A stretch of DNA of 56,086 nt from Deltaproteobacteria bacterium (GCA_034439895.1 JAWXBF010000248.1:1-56086), one strand, 5' to 3'; counted from the first letter of the stretch, positions 17,749-26,705 are shown. A program made the numbers and translations. Notes: generated from the sequence alone by a model not told the origin.

Positions 17749-19901
17749 TAACGCCCCCCGAGGGCAAACGTTACGTCCACCTTGGTCCCGGCCAGGACCT
17801 CGCGATCCGGCGCAACCGACTGCGCGACCGCGATGCCGCTGCCGACTATGTTCAACTCGACGTGCAGGGCGCTTGCGCGCGCAATGGCCAGACCCACACT
17901 CAGTCCTGAAAAGTCCGGAATCGGCACGAGATCCACCTGCACCGCCTCGGGCGATTCGGAATCGATGGGAAAGAATTCCTCGGCCGATACCATCACGATG
18001 GTGGAACCCAACGCTTCCGGCACATCGACGGCTGCAATCGCAACACCGGACGGTCCGATGGTTTCTTCAACCTCCTGTGCTACCACAGCCTGCGTTGGCG
18101 GAATGTTCAGATATTGCAAAGCCGCCTGCGCGATCTCTTTAAACACCGGGGCTGCCACCTTGCCGCCCAGATGGATTGGATTGGGCTCGTCGATGAACAC
18201 ACCAATCACGAAGCGTGGATCATCGGCCGGCGCAAACCCAACGAACGAGGCCAACCAGCGATCGGGATCGTAAGCGCCGCCCGACACCTTTTGCGCCGTC
18301 CCAGTTTTTCCAGCCACACGGTAACCCGGAACCGCGGCGAGACGAGCCGTGCCCTGCGGCGTCGGTACACCGGCCATCACCTCGACCAGGATCGCAGCCG
18401 CCCTCGGTGACATCACCGGACGGCCCTGGGGCGCTTTTTCACCGAGCAATTCGACGCTTCCATCGGGATGTCGAACCGAAAGCCCAAGTCGAGGCGTACG
18501 ATAAACGCCACCGGCCGCCACCACCGCAAAACCCGCCGTAATCTGCAATGGCGTTGCGGTCAAGCCCTGCCCGAACGCCACCGTGGCATGTCCAATCTCA
18601 CCCCAGCGTTCGACCGGACGCAGGATCCCTGAGCGTTCACCGGGCAAGGCGACGCCCGTTCGCTGGCCAAAACCGAAACGCCTGAGATAGTCAAAAAGAA
18701 CCTCACGCGAACTCTGCCGCGCGATCTTGACGGTACAAATGTTGCTCGATTGCTGGTACGCCTCGGTGGCGGTCACCACACCCAGCGGATGCGTGTCACG
18801 AATCATGTACTTCCCGAACTTCCAGCGACCGTTTTCGCAATCAAACATTCGCGTGGGCGAAAGCCCGCCTTCATCGAACGCCGCCGCAAACGTGAAGGTC
18901 TTCATGGTCGAGCCGGGCTCGAAGGTGTCGGTAATCGCTCGATTGCGGGCGCCCTTGCCGACCGCCGTTGCGGGCTGATTGGGATTGAAGTCCGGCAGAT
19001 CCGCCATGGCAAGGATATCGCCTGTGCGGGGATCAAGCACCACGGCGGTTGCCGATTGCGCGTTGTGTTCCTTCATCGCCTTTTCGAGGGCCGCGCGCGT
19101 GACGTGACTCAGATACGCATCCAACGACAACGTCACATCCAGGCCGGAAACACCCGACGTATCGTCGATCCCGTCGAGCAACAACTCGCGGCCAAGCGCG
19201 TCTTTGACCCCGCGAAGGGTCGCCGTCTTGCCACGCAAGTATTTGTCGTACGAAAGCTCGACGCCTTCGAGTCCGCGACCGTCGGAACCCGCGTAGCCGA
19301 TCACGGTCGACGCCACCGCACGCAACGGATAGAAACGGCGGGGTTCAGGGCGAAACCCGATTCCGGGCAAGGCCAGCGCTCGAACCGCCTCGGCCTCAAC
19401 AGGCGTCACGCGGCGTTTTAGCCACGAGAAGTAGCGAGGCCTTCCATTCGGGGTCTGATGTTCGAGACTTTCCCGCATCTGACGCTCTGGAACCGAAAGC
19501 ACTTTTGCGAGTCGGGCGGCCGCGTCCGGGCTAAAGCGCAACACGCGAGGATTGCCGAACACCGACTCGACCTCCACCGTGGCAGCAAATTCCTTGCCGT
19601 TTCGATCGAGAATGCGACCCCGCCCCGGGGGCAGCTCGATTTCCTTCATGTAGTTGTCTTCTGCGAGCGACTTGTATCGGTCAGAATCATCCACCTGAAG
19701 TTCGTAGGCCGTTTTTGCGACCTTTAGACCGAGTGCGCCGAGCATGCATCCGACAATGATGATGCGCATGCGGGTCCATCGCCCCGCTCGCACCGAGGCG
19801 TTGTGAGACGGATCGGGAGGAGCCACCATGATGGGACCATGCGGCCCAGTCGTGGAGTTCCCATCAATGCGCAGAGGTTTGCGTCTGCGTTTGCCAATCA
19901 T
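17748..19901 (-). CDS. ftsI: Class B penicillin-binding protein (division transpeptidase) with a C-terminal PASTA-like domain
   Basis: SxxK GSTMKTF, SxN QSSN, KTG AGKTGTA, and an N-terminal membrane anchor. C-terminus: VPIPDFSGLSVGLAIARASALHVELNIVGSGIAVAQSVAPDREVLAGTKVDVTF. Confidence 0.9.
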   Translation of the reverse strand: MIGKRRRKPLRIDGNSTTGPHGPIMVAPPDPSHNASVRAGRWTRMRIIIVGCMLGALGLKVAKTAYELQVDDSDRYKSLAEDNYMKEIELPPGRGRILDRNGKEFAATVEVESVFGNPRVLRFSPDAAARLAKVLSVPERQMRESLEHQTPNGRPRYFSWLKRRVTPVEAEAVRALALPGIGFRPEPRRFYPLRAVASTVIGYAGSDGRGLEGVELSYDKYLRGKTATLRGVKDALGRELLLDGIDDTSGVSGLDVTLSLDAYLSHVTRAALEKAMKEHNAQSATAVVLDPRTGDILAMADLPDFNPNQPATAVGKGARNRAITDTFEPGSTMKTFTFAAAFDEGGLSPTRMFDCENGRWKFGKYMIRDTHPLGVVTATEAYQQSSNICTVKIARQSSREVLFDYLRRFGFGQRTGVALPGERSGILRPVERWGEIGHATVAFGQGLTATPLQITAGFAVVAAGGVYRTPRLGLSVRHPDGSVELLGEKAPQGRPVMSPRAAAILVEVMAGVPTPQGTARLAAVPGYRVAGKTGTAQKVSGGAYDPDRWLASFVGFAPADDPRFVIGVFIDEPNPIHLGGKVAAPVFKEIAQAALQYLNIPPTQAVVAQEVEETIGPSGVAIAAVDVPEALGSTIVMVSAEEFFPIDSESPEAVQVDLVPIPDFSGLSVGLAIARASALHVELNIVGSGIAVAQSVAPDREVLAGTKVDVTFALGGR

Positions 19902-20293
19902 GGGTGTTCCTTCGGTGCCGTCACTGGCTCGGCAGATCTATCCGTGTGCGCCGGTTTCCGTCCACCGCGATCAGGATCACCGAGTGCATCAAGCGCGATG
20001 ATGTCATCGGTTCGGGGTGGACGCAGTCCCAGCTTGTCGTTGGCAATCGCGACGATGCGCCCCGGATCTTTCAACACACCAATCTCAAGCGCAAGCTGCC
20101 GCTTTTTTTCAAGCAGCCGCGTGCGATCCGCGCGTGCTTGCCCGAGGGCCAACCCAACTTCGAGTTTCTTGATGTTGATCGCCACGTGCCCCAGGGCCGC
20201 CAGCGTGAAGACCAGCAGCAACAGCATCAACACCCCATGCGCGGGATGGCGTTTGCGGGCACCCGCTTCATTGATTGCCCTGGTCGCGATCAC
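19898..20293 (-). CDS. ftsL: Cell division protein FtsL-like (bitopic, coiled coil)
   Basis: Single TM VLMLLLLVFTLAALGHVAI followed by a coiled-coil-like segment and ..RIVAIANDKLGL... Position between rsmH and ftsI, with ATGA overlaps on both sides. Confidence 0.7.
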   Translation of the reverse strand: MIATRAINEAGARKRHPAHGVLMLLLLVFTLAALGHVAINIKKLEVGLALGQARADRTRLLEKKRQLALEIGVLKDPGRIVAIANDKLGLRPPRTDDIIALDALGDPDRGGRKPAHTDRSAEPVTAPKEHP

Positions 20294-21288
20294 GCTGCCT
20301 CCCGCGTCGGCAATTTTTCAGCGACGCGCAACCGCGCCGAACGCGCCCGCGGGTTGTGTTTCGTTTCCTCGTCGGAAGGAAAAATCGCCTTGCGCGACAA
20401 TAAACGAAAAACCGGTGGCGTCTTGTCCGCATCTTCGGGAAACCCTTCGCCCGGTGCGACGGCCTCGGGAATTTTTGACAGCGCCCGCAAACGGTTCTTC
20501 ACCATTCGATCTTCAAGCGAATGAAACGAGATGACCGCCAGTCGACCGCCGGGATTCAATACGGAAGGCGCGTGATCCAGGAACAAGCCAAGCTGTGGAA
20601 GCTCGTCGTTAACGGACATACGCAACGCCTGAAAGGTCTTCGTCGCCGGATTTTTTTTGATGCCGCCATGGGACGGCAAGACACGCCCGATGAGATCGGC
20701 CAGTGCCCCCGTGGTCACGATCGGCGCCTCGTCTCTTGCGCGACAGATTGCGCGCGCGATGCGCCGGGAAGCAGGTTCTTCGCCGAGCTCGAAGAGCAAA
20801 TCGGCAAGCTCGGCTTCGGACAGATCACGCACGATATCAGCGGCGGTCTTGCCACCGCTCGCGTCCATGCGCATGTCGAGTGGCCCGTCAGCACGGAACG
20901 AAAATCCACGCTCCGCCCGATCGAGCTGGGGTGAGGAGACACCAAGATCCGCGAGGCAACCGTCGACCCCGTCGATCCCTGCGCTGCGCAGCACCTCGGG
21001 AACAGCCGAGAACGGCGCATGAAAGAACTGCACCCTCGGTCCGAATGGCGCCAGTCGCTCCCGAGCCGTCGCCAGCGCATCCGCGTCTCGATCGATCGCT
21101 ATCAACCGCCCGTCGGGTTGGCTCATTTCGAGGATCTGCCGCGCATGACCGCCCAGACCCACCGTCGCATCGCAATAGATCCCACCCGAACGCGGTACCA
21201 GGGCCGCAAGAACCTCACGGGAAAGCACGGAAAAGTGCTGTGCCACTTCCCCGTGTCCAACCCTTGGCTCTTCTTCTCTTTGCGTCAA
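20290..21288 (-). CDS. rsmH: 16S rRNA (cytosine1402-N4)-methyltransferase
   Basis: HFSVLSREVL, YCDATVGLGGHA, ISFHSLEDRMVK. The start is uncertain. I favour TTG 21288 (GGAAG 7 nt upstream). The ATG at 21399 would add about 37 aa read from AT-rich, non-coding-looking DNA. Confidence 0.9.
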   Translation of the reverse strand: MTQREEEPRVGHGEVAQHFSVLSREVLAALVPRSGGIYCDATVGLGGHARQILEMSQPDGRLIAIDRDADALATARERLAPFGPRVQFFHAPFSAVPEVLRSAGIDGVDGCLADLGVSSPQLDRAERGFSFRADGPLDMRMDASGGKTAADIVRDLSEAELADLLFELGEEPASRRIARAICRARDEAPIVTTGALADLIGRVLPSHGGIKKNPATKTFQALRMSVNDELPQLGLFLDHAPSVLNPGGRLAVISFHSLEDRMVKNRLRALSKIPEAVAPGEGFPEDADKTPPVFRLLSRKAIFPSDEETKHNPRARSARLRVAEKLPTREAA

Positions 21289-21450
21289 AACTGGACTTCC
21301 GCCACCCGATGGTGTGCAAAATATTGGAATAATTGAAACTTCCCTGATGTTTCCAGAACAACAGCGTTCCGGGAAAATCATCGCTCGGGATAGAACCAAG
21401 TCAAATTTCCGACAGTTCGGCTTTTCCCAATGATTCCAGCCCTGTAAATG

Positions 21451-21497
21451 TTATCCACAGCACACCGTTGGCGCCGCCTGACAACAACTGTGGACAA
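21451..21497. promoter_or_regulatory. Pair of inverted DnaA-box-like 9-mers in the rsmH / fic-like divergent intergenic region
   Basis: TTATCCACA at 21451-21459 is a perfect match to TTATNCACA. TGTGGACAA at 21489-21497 is TTGTCCACA on the minus strand, the high-GC-type DnaA box. They lie 29 bp apart. Confidence 0.35.
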
Positions 21498-21563
21498 AAC
21501 AAACGCGCTGAAGAGTGTAAGCTAAACAGCTAATTTTATTGAGGTACATCGTCGTAAGTTGGC

Positions 21564-21591
21564 TTGACGAAACGGGTATTTCTGTTAGATA
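21564..21591 (+). promoter_or_regulatory. Candidate sigma-70-type promoter for the Fic-like gene
   Basis: TTGACG (21564-21569), 16-nt spacer, TAGATA (21586-21591), about 20 nt upstream of GTG 21610. AAGG lies at 21598-21601. The -10 element is weak. Confidence 0.3.
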
Positions 21592-21609
21592 ACGCGCAAG
21601 GTAAAGGAC

Positions 21610-22386
21610 GTGGTTTTGGACGCAAGACTGTACGAACTCGACAATCGAATGGATCAACTGCGTTCCGCGATGGCGCGGTTCCCTGGAACGATCGTGCGCG
21701 ACTACCGCGAGCGGCTGGATGTGTCGTGGGTATTTCACGACCACGCGCTCGAAGGCGTGGTGCTTTCCTATTCGGAACTTAAAGCCGCGATCGATCACCG
21801 CATCATCAGCGATGTTTCACTCATCCCGATGTACGAGGACGTGAAAAACCACAAGATTACGGTCGATTACCTGCGCGATGCGCTCCGCGAAAAACGTGCG
21901 CCGGAAATATCGGTCGAGTTCATCAAGAAGCTCTACCTGATGCTCACGCCTGATCCGGGACTCAAAGGCCCACCGGTCTATCGCAAAGAGAACCCGCTAC
22001 ACCGGCTGTACTATCACGAGATCACGGCACCGGAGAAAATCCAGCCACGCATGAAGAAGCTCGACGACTGGATTTCATCGAGTGAATTCAAGGATTTGCA
22101 TCCTTTGCAGCAGGCCGCTCGCATTCAACTCGAGCTGCTTGCGATCTATCCGTGGACCAAGAACAGCGGCAAGGTCGGTCGCATGCTGAGCAACTACATT
22201 CTGTTGCAAGCCGGCTATCTCCCCGCCGTCATTCACTCGATTGAGCGCCAGCGCTACTACGATTCGTTGCGCCACGAAAACGATACTTTGTTGATGTTGC
22301 TCATTGAATCACTCGAGAACTCGATCGAGACGTCGCAGCGATTCTTTGACGAGTTGCGCGGTCTCGCCGTGCGTCGCGCCAGCTAG
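21610..22386 (+). CDS. Fic/DOC family protein with a degenerate active-site motif
   Basis: Fic-fold landmarks [17 protein letters not shown] and [20 protein letters not shown] occupies the position of the catalytic HPFx[DE]GNGRxxR, so His, Asp/Glu and Asn are all replaced. Confidence 0.8.
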   Translation: MVLDARLYELDNRMDQLRSAMARFPGTIVRDYRERLDVSWVFHDHALEGVVLSYSELKAAIDHRIISDVSLIPMYEDVKNHKITVDYLRDALREKRAPEISVEFIKKLYLMLTPDPGLKGPPVYRKENPLHRLYYHEITAPEKIQPRMKKLDDWISSSEFKDLHPLQQAARIQLELLAIYPWTKNSGKVGRMLSNYILLQAGYLPAVIHSIERQRYYDSLRHENDTLLMLLIESLENSIETSQRFFDELRGLAVRRAS

Positions 22387-22417
22387 CGCTTTCATTTCGG
22401 GCTTTTGCGCGACAGCG

Positions 22418-22924
22418 ATGTCTTCAAACAAGCAAGCGGGCGAATCCAAACCTCTGGTTTCGGTCATCATGGGCAGCCGAAGTGACTGGGCAACCCTCTG
22501 CGCCGCGAGCGAGGTGCTGACCGAGCTTGGCATCCCGCACGAGTCGCGCATCATTTCCGCGCATCGCACACCAGACTTGCTCTTCGAGTTTGCCTCAAAC
22601 GCTGAAGCACGTGGTATTCGCGTCATCATCGCGGGAGCTGGCGGGGCGGCCCATCTCCCGGGCATGGCGGCAGCAAAGACCGTGGTGCCGGTGCTTGGCG
22701 TGCCCGTGCAATCGGCCATGTTGGCGGGCGTCGACTCGTTGCTCTCGATCGTTCAGATGCCCAAAGGGATCCCGGTCGGCACACTCGCCATCGGCAAAGC
22801 GGGCGCTGCCAACGCGGCCTTGCTCGCGGCCGCCATCCTTGGTGGTACGGATCCTGCGATGCGAGAACGCTTGCACGCCTTCCGCAAGGCGCAAACAGAC
22901 AAGGTTCTCGAGGATACGCTTTGA
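22418..22924 (+). CDS. purE: 5-(carboxyamino)imidazole ribonucleotide mutase
   Basis: [31 protein letters not shown], followed by purK. ATG at 22418. Confidence 0.95.
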   Translation: MSSNKQAGESKPLVSVIMGSRSDWATLCAASEVLTELGIPHESRIISAHRTPDLLFEFASNAEARGIRVIIAGAGGAAHLPGMAAAKTVVPVLGVPVQSAMLAGVDSLLSIVQMPKGIPVGTLAIGKAGAANAALLAAAILGGTDPAMRERLHAFRKAQTDKVLEDTL

Positions 22925-24048
22925 GCCCGCTTGGACCCGGTGCTACGATTGGATTTATCGGGGGTGGTCAGCTGGCGCGAATGATGGCGATCGAGGCGCG
23001 ACGTCTCGCGTTCAATGTCGCCGTCCTCGATCCCACTGCCAACTGCGCCGCATCGCAGGTCACCAACACCACGATCGTTGGCAGTCTTTCGGACGTGGAA
23101 GCCCTGCGTGCCCTTTCGGCGCAGTGCGATCGCATCACGCTCGATACCGAACACGTCGATGCCAGCGCACTCAAGGCGGGGACACGACCGGATCAGGTCT
23201 TCCCCTCGCCCGAGATCATGGCGACGGTTCAGGATCGCCTCGTCCAGAAACAGTTTTTAACGCGCATCGGTGTTCCACAAACCCGCTACGCCGACGTGCA
23301 AAGCGCCGAAGGACTTGCCGAGGACGCCGCGGCGTTTGGCTTCCCTGCAATCGTGAAGTCCCGCAAAGGCGGCTACGATGGCCGCGGACAGTATCGAATC
23401 GAATCACAGGCTGACGTGGTTTCCACCCACGAACGCATCGCCACAATTCCGAGCGTGCTCGAGCAACGGGTTGTCTTCGACAAGGAATTTTCAGTGTTAT
23501 TGGCGCGGAATCCACGCGGCCAGGTGCGCCACTTTCCCATCGCGGAAAACATCCACCGCCATCACATCCTGCACATGACGCGCGTTCCCGCCGACGTCGG
23601 CACGGGTCCCGTTGCACAAGCCATCGAAATCGCGTCCGCCATCGCGGAAGCATGGCAATACGTCGGCGTGTTGGTGATCGAGTTTTTCCTCACCACCGCG
23701 GGCGACGTGCTCGTCAACGAAATCGCGCCCCGCGTACACAACAGCGGACACTACAGCTGGGGTGGCTGTCGAACCTCTCAGTTCGAGCAACACGTGCGCG
23801 CCATTGCGGGCCTTCCGCTCGGTGACCCGTCCCTCTTACGACCGAGTGTCATGGTGAATCTACTCGGGGATCTGTGGACCCGGGGAGAGCCTGACTGGGA
23901 ACGTGTGTTACAGAACGACGACGTGGACCTGCATCTGTACGGCAAGGGCCAGGGCTGGCCCGGCCGCAAGATGGGGCATCTGGTTGTTTACGGCGCAACG
24001 GTCGATCTGGCAGCAGCGCGCGCGGAAGCGGTTTTCAGCGCGCTGTAG
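22921..24048 (+). CDS. purK: 5-(carboxyamino)imidazole ribonucleotide synthase (ATP-grasp)
   Basis: [16 protein letters not shown]-grasp core ..[15 protein letters not shown].., [12 protein letters not shown]. The TTG start overlaps the purE stop (TTGA). Confidence 0.9.
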   Translation: MSPLGPGATIGFIGGGQLARMMAIEARRLAFNVAVLDPTANCAASQVTNTTIVGSLSDVEALRALSAQCDRITLDTEHVDASALKAGTRPDQVFPSPEIMATVQDRLVQKQFLTRIGVPQTRYADVQSAEGLAEDAAAFGFPAIVKSRKGGYDGRGQYRIESQADVVSTHERIATIPSVLEQRVVFDKEFSVLLARNPRGQVRHFPIAENIHRHHILHMTRVPADVGTGPVAQAIEIASAIAEAWQYVGVLVIEFFLTTAGDVLVNEIAPRVHNSGHYSWGGCRTSQFEQHVRAIAGLPLGDPSLLRPSVMVNLLGDLWTRGEPDWERVLQNDDVDLHLYGKGQGWPGRKMGHLVVYGATVDLAAARAEAVFSAL

Positions 24049-24214
24049 TCGAGGTCGACCTAGGCGCCCATCTGAACGAACGTGGTTGGACACTCAGGGA
24101 GACGTGGGCAAAACCCCGCAGGCCGACCACATGTGGGACATTTTCACCAAGACGCCTGTTCAGTACGGCCGCTAATACCTAGTGTTTTTCCAAACCCGAC
24201 GATAACCTTGGTCA

Positions 24215-24628
24215 ATGCGGCAGATGTTGTTTGGAAACCCGCACTCGGACTTTCTGAACTTCCGTTTCGAAAGCGTGACACCGATGCCCGCGCTAATCGT
24301 TTGTCACGCGGAGCTGGAGGTGGGTTGGTTTCACGGGGATCTTCCAATGCCGATCGACGCCGATCATCTGTCGCAGTTTCTCGCTGAACTGGAAGCCCTG
24401 CGCCACAACCATCGCGATCAAGCGGAGCTTCGAACGTCGAGCGAAAGCGGTTCCGTGCAACTGCGCCTGAATCGCGGAGAAAATGGCCACGTCAAGTGCA
24501 AGGTCGATGCAAGCGTGCAAGGCAGCGCGCTCAATTGCGAATTTGAATCCGAGCTATCCTCGCTTACACCGTTGCATGACTGGTGGAAAGCGGTTCTCGA
24601 CCGATGCGAAACGACCCGCGTCGCCTAA
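24215..24628 (+). CDS. Hypothetical protein (137 aa, no recognised motif, no signal peptide)
   Basis: An ORF with plausible amino-acid composition in a pocket of modestly lower G+C. There are no competing ORFs of better quality. Confidence 0.5.
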   Translation: MRQMLFGNPHSDFLNFRFESVTPMPALIVCHAELEVGWFHGDLPMPIDADHLSQFLAELEALRHNHRDQAELRTSSESGSVQLRLNRGENGHVKCKVDASVQGSALNCEFESELSSLTPLHDWWKAVLDRCETTRVA

Positions 24629-24638
24629 ACTGCTCCTT

Positions 24639-24965
24639 GTGATTCGTCCGATCGACAAACAATTCTGTCGCGATCTCAGCGGCACCATCGCCGAGGCACT
24701 TTCCTGGGTCGAGCACGAGCCCTGCCGCCAGGATCTGTGGGATCGCGTGCAATCGGCGACCGCACGAATCATGGCGAAGCAATGGCGCCTCGGCATCACG
24801 AGCGGCAACTCGCCGGAAAAATCGTATTACATCCGCTGTGGCCGCGAAACCATGACCTCCGATGATATCGGACGAGGTCGACTGGTGATGGACATCGGGG
24901 CAGCCTTTGGCACGCCACCCCAGTTTCATACCTTTCAGGTCTACCTGCAGTCCCGCCCCGGTTGA
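24639..24965 (+). CDS. Hypothetical protein (about 108 aa from GTG 24639)
   Basis: The ORF track gives 24483-24965, but the first about 50 aa overlap the previous ORF and read as Arg/Ala-rich noise. GTG 24639 lies 8 nt after the upstream stop. Confidence 0.4.
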   Translation: MIRPIDKQFCRDLSGTIAEALSWVEHEPCRQDLWDRVQSATARIMAKQWRLGITSGNSPEKSYYIRCGRETMTSDDIGRGRLVMDIGAAFGTPPQFHTFQVYLQSRPG

Positions 24966-24968
24966 GAC

Positions 24969-25853
24969 TCATTTGCCAAAGCTGAGACACACGTCGCACC
25001 AGCCGTCGATTCCCGGCCCGCGCACCTTGTCGCGGTGAAACACAAAGAAGAACTTTCGCGCAAAATTCCGGGAGGGAACGCGGCATTCCGAAACGGTGCC
25101 GTGGGCAAGCGATTCGGCAACGGCCAGCCGTGATACGCATCCGACGCCCAGTCCGGCTTTCACTGCCGCGACAATCGCCTCGGTGTGTTCGAGTACCATC
25201 GCGATCCTGAGATCGGGCAACAAACCCGCCATGGCCCGATCGAACGCCTGTCGGGTACCGGAGCCCTGCTCACGCACAATCCACGGCGCCGCCAACAGAT
25301 CCTCATCCTGCAGCACGCGACGTTGTGCGAGCGGATCCTCGGGCGCGCAAAATACCGTCAACGTGTCATCGAGCCAGGGGCGGACCTCAAGGTCGGGATG
25401 CGATATTTCGCCCTCGACCAGGCCCACATCCACCTCGAAATTGGCGACCTGCCGCTCGATTTCGCGGGTGTTGGCAATCGATAGCCTCACCTCCGACCCC
25501 GGATGTTCGCGCAGGAACTGGGCCAGAATGGGCACGGCCAGGTAGTTGCCAATCGTAAGGGTCGCACCCACCCGGAGCGGTCCAATTCCGCCGCGGTTCT
25601 CAAACGCCCGCTGAAGATTACTCGCCTGATCCAGGGTTGCCTCGGCCTCTGCCCGCACGGCATGACCCAGACTCGACAGCCGCAGGCGCTTGCCGATTCG
25701 ATCGAAGAGCTGGATATCAAACTGTTTTTCGAGCTCGGCCAGCGCGGAACTCACGGCGGACTGCGAGAGGGACATCTGTTGGGCGGCACGACTCACGTTG
25801 CTGGTCGCAGCCACCGCCAGAAAGACTTCAAGCTGCCGGATGGAGTATCGCAT
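24969..25853 (-). CDS. LysR family transcriptional regulator
   Basis: N-terminal wHTH MRYSIRQLEVFLAVAATSNVSRAAQQMSLSQSAVSSALAELE plus a LysR substrate-binding region. ATG at 25853. Divergent from fpr. Confidence 0.9.
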   Translation of the reverse strand: MRYSIRQLEVFLAVAATSNVSRAAQQMSLSQSAVSSALAELEKQFDIQLFDRIGKRLRLSSLGHAVRAEAEATLDQASNLQRAFENRGGIGPLRVGATLTIGNYLAVPILAQFLREHPGSEVRLSIANTREIERQVANFEVDVGLVEGEISHPDLEVRPWLDDTLTVFCAPEDPLAQRRVLQDEDLLAAPWIVREQGSGTRQAFDRAMAGLLPDLRIAMVLEHTEAIVAAVKAGLGVGCVSRLAVAESLAHGTVSECRVPSRNFARKFFFVFHRDKVRGPGIDGWCDVCLSFGK

Positions 25854-25867
25854 ATCGATTCTACCGA

Positions 25868-25877
25868 ATAATATTAT
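25868..25877. promoter_or_regulatory. AT-rich perfect palindrome in the lysR / fpr divergent intergenic region (candidate operator or -10 elements)
   Basis: ATAATATTAT is a perfect 10-bp palindrome. A second dyad, ATTC-N4-GAAT, lies at about 25857-25868. This is the only strongly AT-rich stretch between the two start codons. Confidence 0.25.
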
Positions 25878-25925
25878 CAGATTAATCGTCTCGACAGATA
25901 TATCGCCGCCGACCATTATGAAGTG

Positions 25926-26705
25926 ATGAGCAACCTTTCAGCCGAGCGCGTCGTGCGCGTCAACCACTGGAATGACTCCCTGTTTAGCTTCACCACGACC
26001 CGCAATGCCGGATTCCGTTTTCGCAACGGACATTTCGTAATGGTTGGGCTGCCGATGCCCGAGGGCCGCCCCCTGATGCGCGCCTTCAGCCTCGCAAGCG
26101 CGAATTACGAAGAAGAGCTTGAGTTCTACAGCATCAAGATTCAGGACGGCGCCCTCACGTCGCGTCTGCAACACATCGTCCCGGGCGACGAGGTTCTCGT
26201 TGGCACCAAACCGACCGGCACCCTCGTGCTCGACAATTTGACCGATGGCAAGCGCCTGTACCTGCTTGCCACGGGAACGGGGCTTGCACCCTTCATGAGC
26301 ATCGTACGCGATCCGGAAACCTACGAGCGCTTCTCGAAGGTGATCCTGGTCCACGGCGTTCGCCGCGTGAGCGACCTCGGATACCGCAGCTACCTCGAAA
26401 ACGAGCTCAAGGAACACCCTCTGGTCGGCGACGAGGCCAGAGTGCAGTTTCTGTATTACCCAACCGTAACACGAGAGCCATTCCCGAATCAGGGGCGCAT
26501 CACGGATCTTATCGATACCGGCAAGTTGGCGGCCGATCTGGGCCTGCCTGAGCTGGATCCGGTCGATGATCGGGTCATGATCTGCGGGGGCCCTTCGGTC
26601 CTCAAGGAACTCGTCATACGAATGGAGCAACGTGGATTCCAGGAAGGCAGCACAGCGGGTGCCGCCGGGCAGTACGTGATCGAGCGCGCCTTTGTCGAAA
26701 AGTAA
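25926..26705 (+). CDS. fpr: Ferredoxin--NADP(+) reductase, bacterial subclass
   Basis: HWNDSLFSFTTTR, FAD-binding RAFSLAS, NADP-binding LLATGTGLAPFMS, and a C-terminal ..YVIERAFVEK. Confidence 0.9.
   Translation: MSNLSAERVVRVNHWNDSLFSFTTTRNAGFRFRNGHFVMVGLPMPEGRPLMRAFSLASANYEEELEFYSIKIQDGALTSRLQHIVPGDEVLVGTKPTGTLVLDNLTDGKRLYLLATGTGLAPFMSIVRDPETYERFSKVILVHGVRRVSDLGYRSYLENELKEHPLVGDEARVQFLYYPTVTREPFPNQGRITDLIDTGKLAADLGLPELDPVDDRVMICGGPSVLKELVIRMEQRGFQEGSTAGAAGQYVIERAFVEK

Noticed and set aside
21289-21609. DnaA boxes read as a chromosomal replication origin
   Set aside because: Only two boxes are present. There is no cluster of further boxes, no obvious AT-rich 13-mer unwinding element, and no dnaA/dnaN context. 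A regulatory DnaA site is the more conservative reading.
21451-21798. 115-aa minus-strand ORF in the position where mraZ would be expected
   Set aside because: It has no SpoVT/AbrB-type DxKGR repeats. It overlaps the Fic-like gene on the opposite strand and runs through the AT-rich promoter region.
24054-24063. Palindrome AGGTCGACCT just after the purK stop, considered as a terminator
   Set aside because: It is a 10-bp self-complementary site with no loop and no U-tract, so it cannot form a stable terminator hairpin.
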